From a virus: 64,000 nucleotides of DNA. The translations under genes were made by a program, and so were the position numbers. Under the pieces are notes generated by a model, which saw only the letters and a program-made list of their open reading frames with translations, was not told the DNA's origin and ran no database searches. Location of the stretch: the IMG/VR virus record IMGVR_UViG_3300042446_001683; one strand, 5' to 3'. Positions 8,934 through 17,726 of the stretch are shown here, in pieces; the first letter of the stretch is position 1, and the number at the start of each line of letters is the position of its first letter.

Positions 8934-9574
8934 AACAACTAATAATAGAAGCAATAAAATCAGCTTTACTAGAACAACCTAATGTTGCTCCAACATTAAA
9001 TGAATCTAAACAATATAATTCTCCTATATCTGAGGAAATGAGATACCATATCTCTAATAAAATCCAAATCCATGAAAATATATTTCGTCCTGGTTCTAAA
9101 TCACATATAGAGTTAATTCATGAAGCTCGTATACTATGGAAACAAGGTATTATTGAACTTCAAGCTGAAGATAAAAAATTATTTGAAAATACAGATTTAG
9201 GTCGTTTTGGGATGTTTGAAGGTGAAATAGTACCTTTAGACTTACCAATGATGGAATTAGAAATATTAACAGAAGTAGAATTAGAAGAAGAAAAGAAACA
9301 ACCAGCGTTAGGTAAACCAAAACGTGGTGGTTCTAAAAAATTCTATGTTTATGTTAAAGATCCTAAAACCAAACGTATTAAAAAAGTATCATTTGGTATG
9401 GCAGGTGGTGGACTACGTGCTAAATTAAATAACTCTAAGGCACGCTCAGCATTTTCTAAACGTCATAACTGCCCACAAAAGAAAGATAGAACAAAAGCTA
9501 GTTACTGGTCATGTCGTCTTCCTCGTTACGCAAAGTTATTAGGATTTAAAACAACATTTTCAGGATTCTGGTGA
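8930..9574 (+). CDS. Two-module putative head protein with basic C-terminal KVSFG..RHNC..YWSCR domain
   Basis: Leader MKQLIIEAIKSALLE; acidic junction EILTEVELEEE before the basic module. Confidence 0.6.
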   Translation: MKQLIIEAIKSALLEQPNVAPTLNESKQYNSPISEEMRYHISNKIQIHENIFRPGSKSHIELIHEARILWKQGIIELQAEDKKLFENTDLGRFGMFEGEIVPLDLPMMELEILTEVELEEEKKQPALGKPKRGGSKKFYVYVKDPKTKRIKKVSFGMAGGGLRAKLNNSKARSAFSKRHNCPQKKDRTKASYWSCRLPRYAKLLGFKTTFSGFW

Positions 9575-9575
9575 T

Positions 9576-10034
9576 ATGAATATTACACAATTAATAGAAC
9601 AAATTCTTTTAGAAGAAAAGAAAAAAGCAGATCGCTGCAAACGTATTGCTGATCGTCGCTATGATAAACCATCTGCTTATAAGTCAGGTGCTATTGTTAG
9701 ATGTCGTAAAGGTAAAATTTGGAAAGACTTAAAAGAAACAGATGATCCACAATCTGGTAAAGCAGCTCCTTATGGATCAGGATATGCTAGATTAAAAGAA
9801 GTAATTCAAAAAATATTAAATGAAGACGAATCACTTTATAAATGGTTTAAACGTAGAGGTGCTAAAGGTAAAGAAGGTGGATGGGTAGATTGTAATGCAC
9901 CTGATGGAAAAGGTGGATATAAATCTTGTGGTAGAAAAGAAGGCGAAAAACGGGCTAAATACCCATCATGTCGTCCTACACCAGCTGGATGTAAAAAGAA
10001 AGGCAAAGGTAAAACTTGGGGTAAAACAAAATGA
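9576..10034 (+). CDS. Basic Cys-rich modular protein
   Basis: Leader MNITQLIEQILLEE; modules SAYKSGAIVRCRK, GKAAPYGSGY and WF..W..C..CGR..YPSCRP separated by LKE/LNE. Confidence 0.6.
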   Translation: MNITQLIEQILLEEKKKADRCKRIADRRYDKPSAYKSGAIVRCRKGKIWKDLKETDDPQSGKAAPYGSGYARLKEVIQKILNEDESLYKWFKRRGAKGKEGGWVDCNAPDGKGGYKSCGRKEGEKRAKYPSCRPTPAGCKKKGKGKTWGKTK

Positions 10035-10390
10035 TTAAATTAGTAGATATACTAAATAAAATCCTATTAGAAGGTGATCCTAAAGTAGGTACTGGTAAAA
10101 AACCTAAAGGTTCAGGTCGTCGTTTATACACAGATGAAGATCCAACGGACACAGTACGTATTAAATTTAAAACTGTTCAAGATATTAAAGATACTTTATC
10201 TAAAACATCATTTAAGTCAAAACCACACGCTCGTAAATCCCAAATTATTAATTTAATTCACCAACGTGTTAGAGCGGCTTATGGTAGAGCTAAAGATCCT
10301 GAAGTAAAAAAACGTTTAAAAAATGCTTTAGAATACATCACAACTAAAAAAGAAGCATCTAAAAAGAAAACTAAATCTATAAAAAAATAA
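10031..10390 (+). CDS. Basic protein (RRLYTDEDP domain) with leader MIKLVDILNKILLE
   Basis: 119-aa Lys/Arg-rich ORF. Confidence 0.6.
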   Translation: MIKLVDILNKILLEGDPKVGTGKKPKGSGRRLYTDEDPTDTVRIKFKTVQDIKDTLSKTSFKSKPHARKSQIINLIHQRVRAAYGRAKDPEVKKRLKNALEYITTKKEASKKKTKSIKK

Positions 10391-10391
10391 T

Positions 10392-11015
10392 ATGTTAAAT
10401 ATTGATATCCCTAGTTTTAAAGCTTTAGTACGTAAATCATATTTTACAAAAAATTCAAAAGACACTGAGATTTTTTTAAACGTATATGTTTTTGGGGCCC
10501 AATCTATATCTGGGAAAATATTAACATTCCATGTTATGACTGATGATGGAATGGTCCGTAATAGAGTACCAATATCAGAAATATACACCAAAGTACCAAA
10601 AAATGATATCCCATTCCATTATAAACAATTATGGGATTGTTTCTCAGAAAATGTAGCTGTTATAGCTTATGACTTCTTAGCATATCATAAAGCACAAGTT
10701 GTATTAAAAGATGGTTCTAAAATTTGGGGTACATATTTATTTACTATAGATTGGTATAACAACCCATATAGTGATGAACCTTCAGATTATAAATGTGGTC
10801 ATATATTTAAAGCAGATGATGGATATTTACTTTGTCAACCTAATAATAGAATATTTTGGAAAGACTCAAATTGGGTAACTAAATCTCTCCCAGAAGATTT
10901 AAAACAATTTAAAGTAGATACTGAACTACCATCAGTTGAAAATCAATCTGATAGATGGGTAACTGAAGATGGGGATGCATTTTATTATGATGTTAATAGA
11001 ATAATAAATAAATAA
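10392..11015 (+). CDS. Hypothetical phage protein
   Basis: QLWDCFS, YLFTIDW, KCGHI and QPNNRIFW motifs. Confidence 0.6.
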   Translation: MLNIDIPSFKALVRKSYFTKNSKDTEIFLNVYVFGAQSISGKILTFHVMTDDGMVRNRVPISEIYTKVPKNDIPFHYKQLWDCFSENVAVIAYDFLAYHKAQVVLKDGSKIWGTYLFTIDWYNNPYSDEPSDYKCGHIFKADDGYLLCQPNNRIFWKDSNWVTKSLPEDLKQFKVDTELPSVENQSDRWVTEDGDAFYYDVNRIINK

Positions 11016-11039
11016 CCCATATTTATAATAAATTTTGTA

Positions 11040-14000
11040 ATGAGTAATATTCATAAATTAATAGAACATTTAGTTAACAATTGGTCAAACAATTTATCTG
11101 AGGCATTAGCTCCAAGAGTTAAGCAACAGTTAATGGATAAATTTAAGCAAGAAGCAGATGATTTTAACATTACAATCTCAGATACAAATTTAAGTGACTA
11201 TATTGACTATTTTGATACTCGATTAAAAAATAATCCTAAAGTAACTGAAAAAGATTTAGCTAAGTACCCATTAAAATCATTAATTAAACTTGTATCAGCT
11301 TATAAAGGTTCAAGTAAAGAAGATGATGATGAAGATGTATCAAATATACCAGACGTTGTTTATAATGAAAATGGTCTTATAATTTATAGTGGTCATAATG
11401 AAGAAAACTGTTTAAAGTTTGGTAGAGGTGAGCAATGGTGTATCACTAAAGGATCATTTGGTAATTATCGCTATGATTCAAATAGAAAAAATCCAACATT
11501 TTATTTAGTAAAAGATACTAACTTACCAAATAGTGATAGAAAAAGTTTCTTTGTTGTTGTAGTAGGTAGTGATAATACTTACAAAGTATCAGATAGATCA
11601 AACAATGATGTTGGTGGTAGAGGAACAGAATGGAACAGATGGGAACCATGGTCATTTGTTGAACAAAATTTCCCATCAGTTCAAGGTTTAGAAAGAATAT
11701 TTAGATACATTCCTGTTAGTAAAGTTGAGCTATCAACTCGTCAATATGCTAATCAAGCTATGACTGTTGAAGAATGGGAAGTAGCACCACCAGATTTTAA
11801 AGAACGATATCTTATTATTAGAAAAGGAAAAACACTTTTTTCTGATATATCTAATGAAAAGTTTGTAAAAACTATTCTCCCAGACAATCAAGATATGGCT
11901 ACAGTAGTAGCTAAAAACTATGGGATGATAGATTTAAATACTTTATTACAAGAATTTGATTCTTTCTCTAACCAAAATCAAAAATCAATCATAGCTAACG
12001 CTCGAAGATTTACAAAAGTATCTACAGAAACTTTAAAATCACGTGGTATTCCTTTTTCAGCTAAAAAAGCAGTAGTTAATGGTGGATTACTTGATGTTCC
12101 TAATAGTGAAAGATACTATGTTTCTAATGATGATAAGGCTATAATTAAATTAAAATTTAATGGTGATGATGTATCAATGGGTTTATTTACTGAGAAAGAT
12201 ACATATCCTAATGTTAAAATAAACACTCGTACAAGTAGTATATTAAAAAGTTTACCTAGATTTGATGAGATGCCTTTTGATGCTTTATTAAAGTTAACAA
12301 AAGATAATCTTTTACCTAAAGACACTGTTGATAAAGTAATTGAAAAATCAAAAGAAGAAGACTCTAAATCAGCTATCGTAACAGCTAATACTGATGAAGG
12401 CGAGATAGTGTTAGATACAAATACTTTTAAAGCATATAAACCTGAAAATGGAGAATATACACCAGTACCATTTGAAGATGACTCTGTTCAAAGTATATTA
12501 AAATCAGACACAGTAGGTAGTGGTATTCAAGATGGTATTATAAGGATGATTTCAAAATTTGATAGCATCCCTTCATCAATACCTATGTCAACTATATCCT
12601 CAATAGTGAAACAAACTCCATCAGAAAAAAGAATAGTAAGAAAAGGAGATGATAATTTCATAATAATACCTAGTAGTACAGGGAATGAACTTAATTTATG
12701 GAATACAAATAATCCTTTAGATAGAAGTTCTGTAGCATTTAATTATAGAGAAGATGGAAGATTTGGTAGTGGAAAAATGGCAAATCAAGAAATATGGTCT
12801 GAATATTTTAATTATTTAAGATCTCAAAATTTAGCTTATGATTCTACTCAACTCCTTCCTTTAGCTAGTTCTCAATATTACGCTGGAGCAAAATTCTTAG
12901 CAGCTAATCCTCCTTTAACAGCTGATAACACATACAAACCTGCTCAATATGAAGGAACATGGTATATTATAAATCAAAATAATCCATCTGAGAGTAGAAA
13001 ACTTAGTCCACAAACAGGTAATTTACTTAGAGCTAATCTTACCCCAGCTAAAGTAGCTATAATACTAGGAACAAGACCACCTGCGGGAGCAGTTAGAGGT
13101 ACTAGAACACCTAGAACAGCAACCGCAGCAGCGGCTACACCACCTACAACTACTGGCCAAGTAAATGATGCTGTACGACAAGCAATTGTTGGAGCAGGTT
13201 TAGAACAAGGATTTACTGCCTTACCAGCTCCACTTAGAAGTAGAATATTATCAGGTACATTAGTAGCTAATGACAATGGAGTAGCAGGTCGTAATAGAGC
13301 ATTAGGAGACAGAGGACGAGTTACTAGAATTATATCTGCTGGTCAAAGTAGAATGTATATCATTCGTTTAGCTAGTGGTACTATGATAGGACAAGCATCA
13401 TTCCAACCTGAGGCAAGACACTTTATTATAACCGCTACTAGCGCGTTTAATATGGGTAGAGTAGGTAACTTTATAGATGCTTTAACAGCTCGTAACTTAC
13501 GTGAAACAGAAGACATATTACGAATAGCAATGGGAGCAGCAACACCAGAAGAACTAGAGGAAATTAAATCTAAAGTTAAAACTAAACCTTATAAAGATTT
13601 AGAAGTAACTAATGAACATATTATTCGTGAGTTTGATGAGAATATTGATCCTATTGAATTAAAATGGCATCGTGATAATGAAAACCGAATAGTAGAAATT
13701 GTAGGTAAAACTGATTGGAAAATACAATTAGAAAATCAACTACCAATTTCTATGAATCAACCTATTACAATACCTAAAGGTGAATGGCATCGTGTTATTA
13801 AAGGTAATGGTAAGTTAACTTTAAAGATAATTAAAGAAGAATCTACTCAATACAATATTGAAGGATTATTATTAACTAACACTGAAGATCGTCCACAAAA
13901 AGATATATTATCTGATATACGCTCATTACCTGGTATAACAATTGTATCAAGTAAAGATTATGACTTATCAGGTGAATCATCTGCATTTAGCAATCCTAAC

Positions 14001-14153
14001 TACTATACAATAATTAAAATGAAAGTAGATCCACATCCATATCCTAATGGATTTAAAGATGAAGATTTACAACAATTATTTACTGACATTAGAGCAATTA
14101 AAGGTGTTAGAAATTTCAAATTAAATAAATCTGTAGAGAAAAAAACTGTATAA
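11040..14153 (+). CDS. Large polyprotein-like protein: WCIT domain, central region, cupin domain, C-terminal small domain
   Basis: GEQWCIT..FYLV; cupin WHRD..W..QL..IPKGEWHRVIKG (about 13584-13840); junctions NLSE, NLRE, IIKEE. Confidence 0.65.
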   Translation: MSNIHKLIEHLVNNWSNNLSEALAPRVKQQLMDKFKQEADDFNITISDTNLSDYIDYFDTRLKNNPKVTEKDLAKYPLKSLIKLVSAYKGSSKEDDDEDVSNIPDVVYNENGLIIYSGHNEENCLKFGRGEQWCITKGSFGNYRYDSNRKNPTFYLVKDTNLPNSDRKSFFVVVVGSDNTYKVSDRSNNDVGGRGTEWNRWEPWSFVEQNFPSVQGLERIFRYIPVSKVELSTRQYANQAMTVEEWEVAPPDFKERYLIIRKGKTLFSDISNEKFVKTILPDNQDMATVVAKNYGMIDLNTLLQEFDSFSNQNQKSIIANARRFTKVSTETLKSRGIPFSAKKAVVNGGLLDVPNSERYYVSNDDKAIIKLKFNGDDVSMGLFTEKDTYPNVKINTRTSSILKSLPRFDEMPFDALLKLTKDNLLPKDTVDKVIEKSKEEDSKSAIVTANTDEGEIVLDTNTFKAYKPENGEYTPVPFEDDSVQSILKSDTVGSGIQDGIIRMISKFDSIPSSIPMSTISSIVKQTPSEKRIVRKGDDNFIIIPSSTGNELNLWNTNNPLDRSSVAFNYREDGRFGSGKMANQEIWSEYFNYLRSQNLAYDSTQLLPLASSQYYAGAKFLAANPPLTADNTYKPAQYEGTWYIINQNNPSESRKLSPQTGNLLRANLTPAKVAIILGTRPPAGAVRGTRTPRTATAAAATPPTTTGQVNDAVRQAIVGAGLEQGFTALPAPLRSRILSGTLVANDNGVAGRNRALGDRGRVTRIISAGQSRMYIIRLASGTMIGQASFQPEARHFIITATSAFNMGRVGNFIDALTARNLRETEDILRIAMGAATPEELEEIKSKVKTKPYKDLEVTNEHIIREFDENIDPIELKWHRDNENRIVEIVGKTDWKIQLENQLPISMNQPITIPKGEWHRVIKGNGKLTLKIIKEESTQYNIEGLLLTNTEDRPQKDILSDIRSLPGITIVSSKDYDLSGESSAFSNPNYYTIIKMKVDPHPYPNGFKDEDLQQLFTDIRAIKGVRNFKLNKSVEKKTV

Positions 14154-14154
14154 A

Positions 14155-14757
14155 ATGAACAAAGAATTTTTAAAAATGCAAAAAACGGCTGGTTTAATAA
14201 CTGAAAGCCAATATGCTACTCTAATAGTAGAATCTGAAGAGCAAGAAATAGATCAAGCATTATCATCAGGAGTTAACGCTTTACAAGATTTAAGTTCTTT
14301 AGATGAAATTGAAGAACAACCTCTTGAAGAATCAGTTGTAGGTTTAGTAATTAGTGGATTATTAGCCGCTCCAAAATTAATAGAATGGTTAGGAAAAGGT
14401 ATAAGTATTATAACTAGACCATTTGTTGGTAAAGATGAAAATACTGTAGCCAAAAATATTATTAAATTTGGCCATAAATGGGAAAAATTTTATATAAAAG
14501 CTATAATAGCTGCTATTAAATTTACTAAATTTGGTAAACAATTATGGATGTTACCTGATAATAAAATAGATGAACAAAAATTAGTATCACTAGCTAAAAT
14601 ATTATATGGTGTAATTCTAAGTATAGCAGCTGGTAACGCTTTAAAAACTGTATTAAGTAGTTCTCATCCTATCTTAACAGCTATTGAAAGTGCTTTAGGT
14701 GGGGTTAAAGCGATAGAAATAGCTCAAATAGCATCTAAAGTTAAAGGACAAATTTGA
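14155..14757 (+). CDS. Putative internal head protein with hydrophobic helices and N-terminal FLKMQKTAGLITE motif
   Basis: Motif shared with the scaffold C-terminus; hydrophobic segment follows PLEE. Confidence 0.6.
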   Translation: MNKEFLKMQKTAGLITESQYATLIVESEEQEIDQALSSGVNALQDLSSLDEIEEQPLEESVVGLVISGLLAAPKLIEWLGKGISIITRPFVGKDENTVAKNIIKFGHKWEKFYIKAIIAAIKFTKFGKQLWMLPDNKIDEQKLVSLAKILYGVILSIAAGNALKTVLSSSHPILTAIESALGGVKAIEIAQIASKVKGQI

Positions 14758-14792
14758 TAAAAACACACATATTTATAATAAAATAAAACAAA

Positions 14793-16244
14793 ATGGAAAT
14801 TAACAGACTACGTTCAATCATAAGAGAATCAATTAGCAACAATCTTAAAGAGATTGAAGATGTTGCAGAAAACGCAGCAATGGAAGCTAAATTAAATGCT
14901 TACACTGAAGCTATTGATAAAGTAAACAAAAAAATTGAAATGGCTGAAAGCCTTGAAGAAATGCAAGAATTAGTAGATCCTACTAAATTAAATGAACTTA
15001 AAAAACATTTAAAAACTCTTGAAAAATCTAAAGAAAAATTAGAAAAGGTTAAAGCTAAGAAAAACAAAGGTAAAGAAGTAGTAACTGACGAACCAGTTGA
15101 AGAAGCTGAAGTTGAAGAAGGAAGTGCAATGGATAGTATGGATAATGCTATAGTTCCTGAAATGGATTACACAATGGAGGAAGAAGAAGCAATAAATGAA
15201 TCATTCCTTAAAATGCAAAAATTAGCAGGTGTAATTACTGAAGCTCAATACAATCAAAAAAAAAGATTAATTGAGAATCAATTAGAAGAAATATCATTAT
15301 CTGGAGCTTTAAATAAAGTTAAAGATAAGATAGCAAGTTTACCTGCTTTTGATAAACTTATTAATTCTGTTGTGACTAAAATGTCTGAAAAAGACAAAGA
15401 AAACTTTAAAGCTAAATTTAATTTAGCTGAAGCTAAAGGTGCTCCTTCTTTAGAAGATATAATGACTAAAGTAGATGCTATCAACCTAGATAAAGATGCT
15501 AAAACTCCTGAAGATTTAAAAGAAGGAGCTGAAGAAACAGTAGACAAAATAGCATACGAAGTTGTAAGATTAGTTAAAAATTTAACTGGTCTAAACCTAT
15601 TAGCATTAGGTGGTCTTCCATTTGGATTTGTTATTAACTATTTAATAGATATGAGTCCATGGAGTTTCGGAGCATTCGTAGGCCCAGTTATTAGTTTAGT
15701 AGCATCATTAATAATCCATGGTATATCCAGAAAAATTTTAGGAATATCTCCAGATGATGAACTAATTGGAGAATCTGAAGACCAACAAGAAGCACCAACA
15801 CCAGAAAAAATAGCAAAAGATATTGCTAATAATATAGATCAATTAAAATCAAATCCTAAATTAAAAGCTATAGCTGATAAGATAGCTGCTGACCCAAAAG
15901 CAACAGAAGAATTAAATAAAATATTAGCTAAATTTAATATTTCTTTAAATGAAGGAGATATTGATGTTAATCCTCAAGATGTTTATAAAATAGCTTTAGC
16001 TTTTGCTAAAAAAGCAAAAACATTAGGTGAAGAAGAAGGTAATTATGGAGCATTATTTTTAGGTGGTTTATTTGGAGGAGGTGCTTTAGCTCGTTATATA
16101 GCTAGTCTTGGAGATATTATAACCCCAGAAATGAAAATGTTAGGATATTCTCCGTCTCATATGACAGCTGCTGTCCTTGGAGGTTTAGCAGCCGCTGCTT
16201 TATTAATGATAGGCCAGTATATATATGACAATTACAAAAAATAA
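14793..16244 (+). CDS. Putative internal head polyprotein with membrane-type segments and internal FLKMQKLAGVITE motif
   Basis: Leader MEINRLRSIIRES; many [IL]xE junctions; two Gly-rich hydrophobic hairpins. Confidence 0.6.
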   Translation: MEINRLRSIIRESISNNLKEIEDVAENAAMEAKLNAYTEAIDKVNKKIEMAESLEEMQELVDPTKLNELKKHLKTLEKSKEKLEKVKAKKNKGKEVVTDEPVEEAEVEEGSAMDSMDNAIVPEMDYTMEEEEAINESFLKMQKLAGVITEAQYNQKKRLIENQLEEISLSGALNKVKDKIASLPAFDKLINSVVTKMSEKDKENFKAKFNLAEAKGAPSLEDIMTKVDAINLDKDAKTPEDLKEGAEETVDKIAYEVVRLVKNLTGLNLLALGGLPFGFVINYLIDMSPWSFGAFVGPVISLVASLIIHGISRKILGISPDDELIGESEDQQEAPTPEKIAKDIANNIDQLKSNPKLKAIADKIAADPKATEELNKILAKFNISLNEGDIDVNPQDVYKIALAFAKKAKTLGEEEGNYGALFLGGLFGGGALARYIASLGDIITPEMKMLGYSPSHMTAAVLGGLAAAALLMIGQYIYDNYKK

Positions 16245-16254
16245 ATAACATATA

Positions 16255-16329
16255 GACAGATTCATAGCCTGTCGATTTAATAAAAATACTAAGGAGCTGT
16301 GGCCCACCCAAAAGGTGGGCCACCTTAGT
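16255..16329 (+). ncRNA. Candidate structured RNA (two hairpins with possible pseudoknot) or strong terminator
   Basis: GACAG/CTGTC stem; ACTAAG/CTTAGT plus a 10-bp GTGGCCCACC/GGTGGGCCAC stem; loop CATAGC complementary to GCTGTG. Confidence 0.4.
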
Positions 16330-16357
16330 TTGGCTTTTAAAATAAATTTATTATATT
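16329..16357 (+). promoter_or_regulatory. Class A promoter TTTGGC-N17-TATATT
   Basis: Recurrent motif just upstream of ATG 16366. Confidence 0.6.
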
Positions 16358-16365
16358 AATATTAT

Positions 16366-17646
16366 ATGAATAAGAAAATAGTAATTATAGGTGCGGGAGT
16401 AGCGGGTATAAACGCAGCTACTAAATTAGTCGATAACGGCTACCCAGGTGAATTAATCACCATTATAGACAAAGGAAATGATCCACATAATCGTTTACCT
16501 GAAGAGGTAATGACTGGTATGTTAGGCGCTGGTGGGTGGTCAGATGGTAAATTAACATACCATACTGCTATCGGAGGTGTACTATCAAAGTACTGCGGTG
16601 AAGAGAAAGCAATGGAATTAATGGATCAAGTTATTAGTAACTTTAGACGTTTCCATCCTAAACCAGAAGAAATATTTTGCTCTGACCCACAAGCAGAACC
16701 TGATTTTATTAAACCATATTTTGGATTACGTTTATTCCCAGTATGGCATATTGGTTCAAATTATCTACATGAAATTGCTAAAACATGGTATTCATATTTA
16801 ATTAACAAAGGTGTAAAATTTAAATGGAATACTGAAGTATCAGCCATTGATTTTAAAACTGAGTATATTGATATTAAGGATAGTTTAGAAGTAATATCAT
16901 ATGATGAATTAATATTTGCAGTAGGTAAATCAGGTATTGACTTTGGTAAAAAATTAGCAGACGAATATAACTTACCAACAGAACCAAAATCAGTACAAAT
17001 TGGAGTTCGTTTTGAAGCACCACAAAAATACTTCCAAAAATTAATTGATGTTAGTTATGATTTTAAACTATATCAAAAATTCAATAATGTATCATTACGT
17101 TCATTTTGTACTAACAATAACGCAGCTTATGTAGCGGTAGAAGAAACATATGGTGATATTACTTATAATGGTCATGCTAAAAAAGGTGAAGAATTTAGAA
17201 ATGATATGACTAACTTTGGTATATTAATGGAAATTAAAGGTATTGAAAATCCATTTGAATGGTCAAGAGAAGTAGTAAGTAAATTACAATTTAGAAATAT
17301 TGGGTTATATTATAGTCCATCTCGTACACCATCACAAACATCTGAAGGTGAAAGTATTAATACAGTTCAAGTTGGTAATCTAAACCAATTTAAAGAAGTA
17401 ATGGGTGAATATGCTGATTACATTATTAACTTTATTGACCAAATGAATAAAATATTTAAGTTTGGTAATGATTGGGGAATGTATATACCTGAAGTTAAGT
17501 ATTTAAGTCCTGAACCATTAGTAGATTATAAAAACTTAGCATTAACTGATTATCCTAATGTGCATTTTGTAGGAGATGCTTTATCTGCTCGTGGAATTAC
17601 AGTAAGTGGAGCGCAAGGAATATATGTAGCTGAGTCGCTCTTATAA
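16366..17646 (+). CDS. NAD(P)/FAD-dependent oxidoreductase
   Basis: GAGVAG Rossmann motif, GAGGWSDGKL, IGVRFE, RSFC, FVGD..GIT.S. Confidence 0.85.
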   Translation: MNKKIVIIGAGVAGINAATKLVDNGYPGELITIIDKGNDPHNRLPEEVMTGMLGAGGWSDGKLTYHTAIGGVLSKYCGEEKAMELMDQVISNFRRFHPKPEEIFCSDPQAEPDFIKPYFGLRLFPVWHIGSNYLHEIAKTWYSYLINKGVKFKWNTEVSAIDFKTEYIDIKDSLEVISYDELIFAVGKSGIDFGKKLADEYNLPTEPKSVQIGVRFEAPQKYFQKLIDVSYDFKLYQKFNNVSLRSFCTNNNAAYVAVEETYGDITYNGHAKKGEEFRNDMTNFGILMEIKGIENPFEWSREVVSKLQFRNIGLYYSPSRTPSQTSEGESINTVQVGNLNQFKEVMGEYADYIINFIDQMNKIFKFGNDWGMYIPEVKYLSPEPLVDYKNLALTDYPNVHFVGDALSARGITVSGAQGIYVAESLL

Positions 17647-17670
17647 AGACTATACATAACATTTGACATG

Positions 17671-17705
17671 AAGGGTTTGGCTTTGCCGGACCCTTTTGTT
17701 ATATT
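17671..17705 (+). promoter_or_regulatory. Terminator hairpin fused with class A promoter TTTGGC-N18-TATATT
   Basis: AAGGGTTTGGC-TTT-GCCGGACCCTT stem contains the TTTGGC box at 17676; TATATT at 17700. Confidence 0.65.
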
Positions 17706-17726
17706 TAGCTATAATTATAAATACTT

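Noticed and set aside
16255-16329. Assignment as a pistol ribozyme or a known riboswitch
   Set aside because: Topology is similar but the conserved core nucleotides do not line up; kept only as an unassigned RNA candidate
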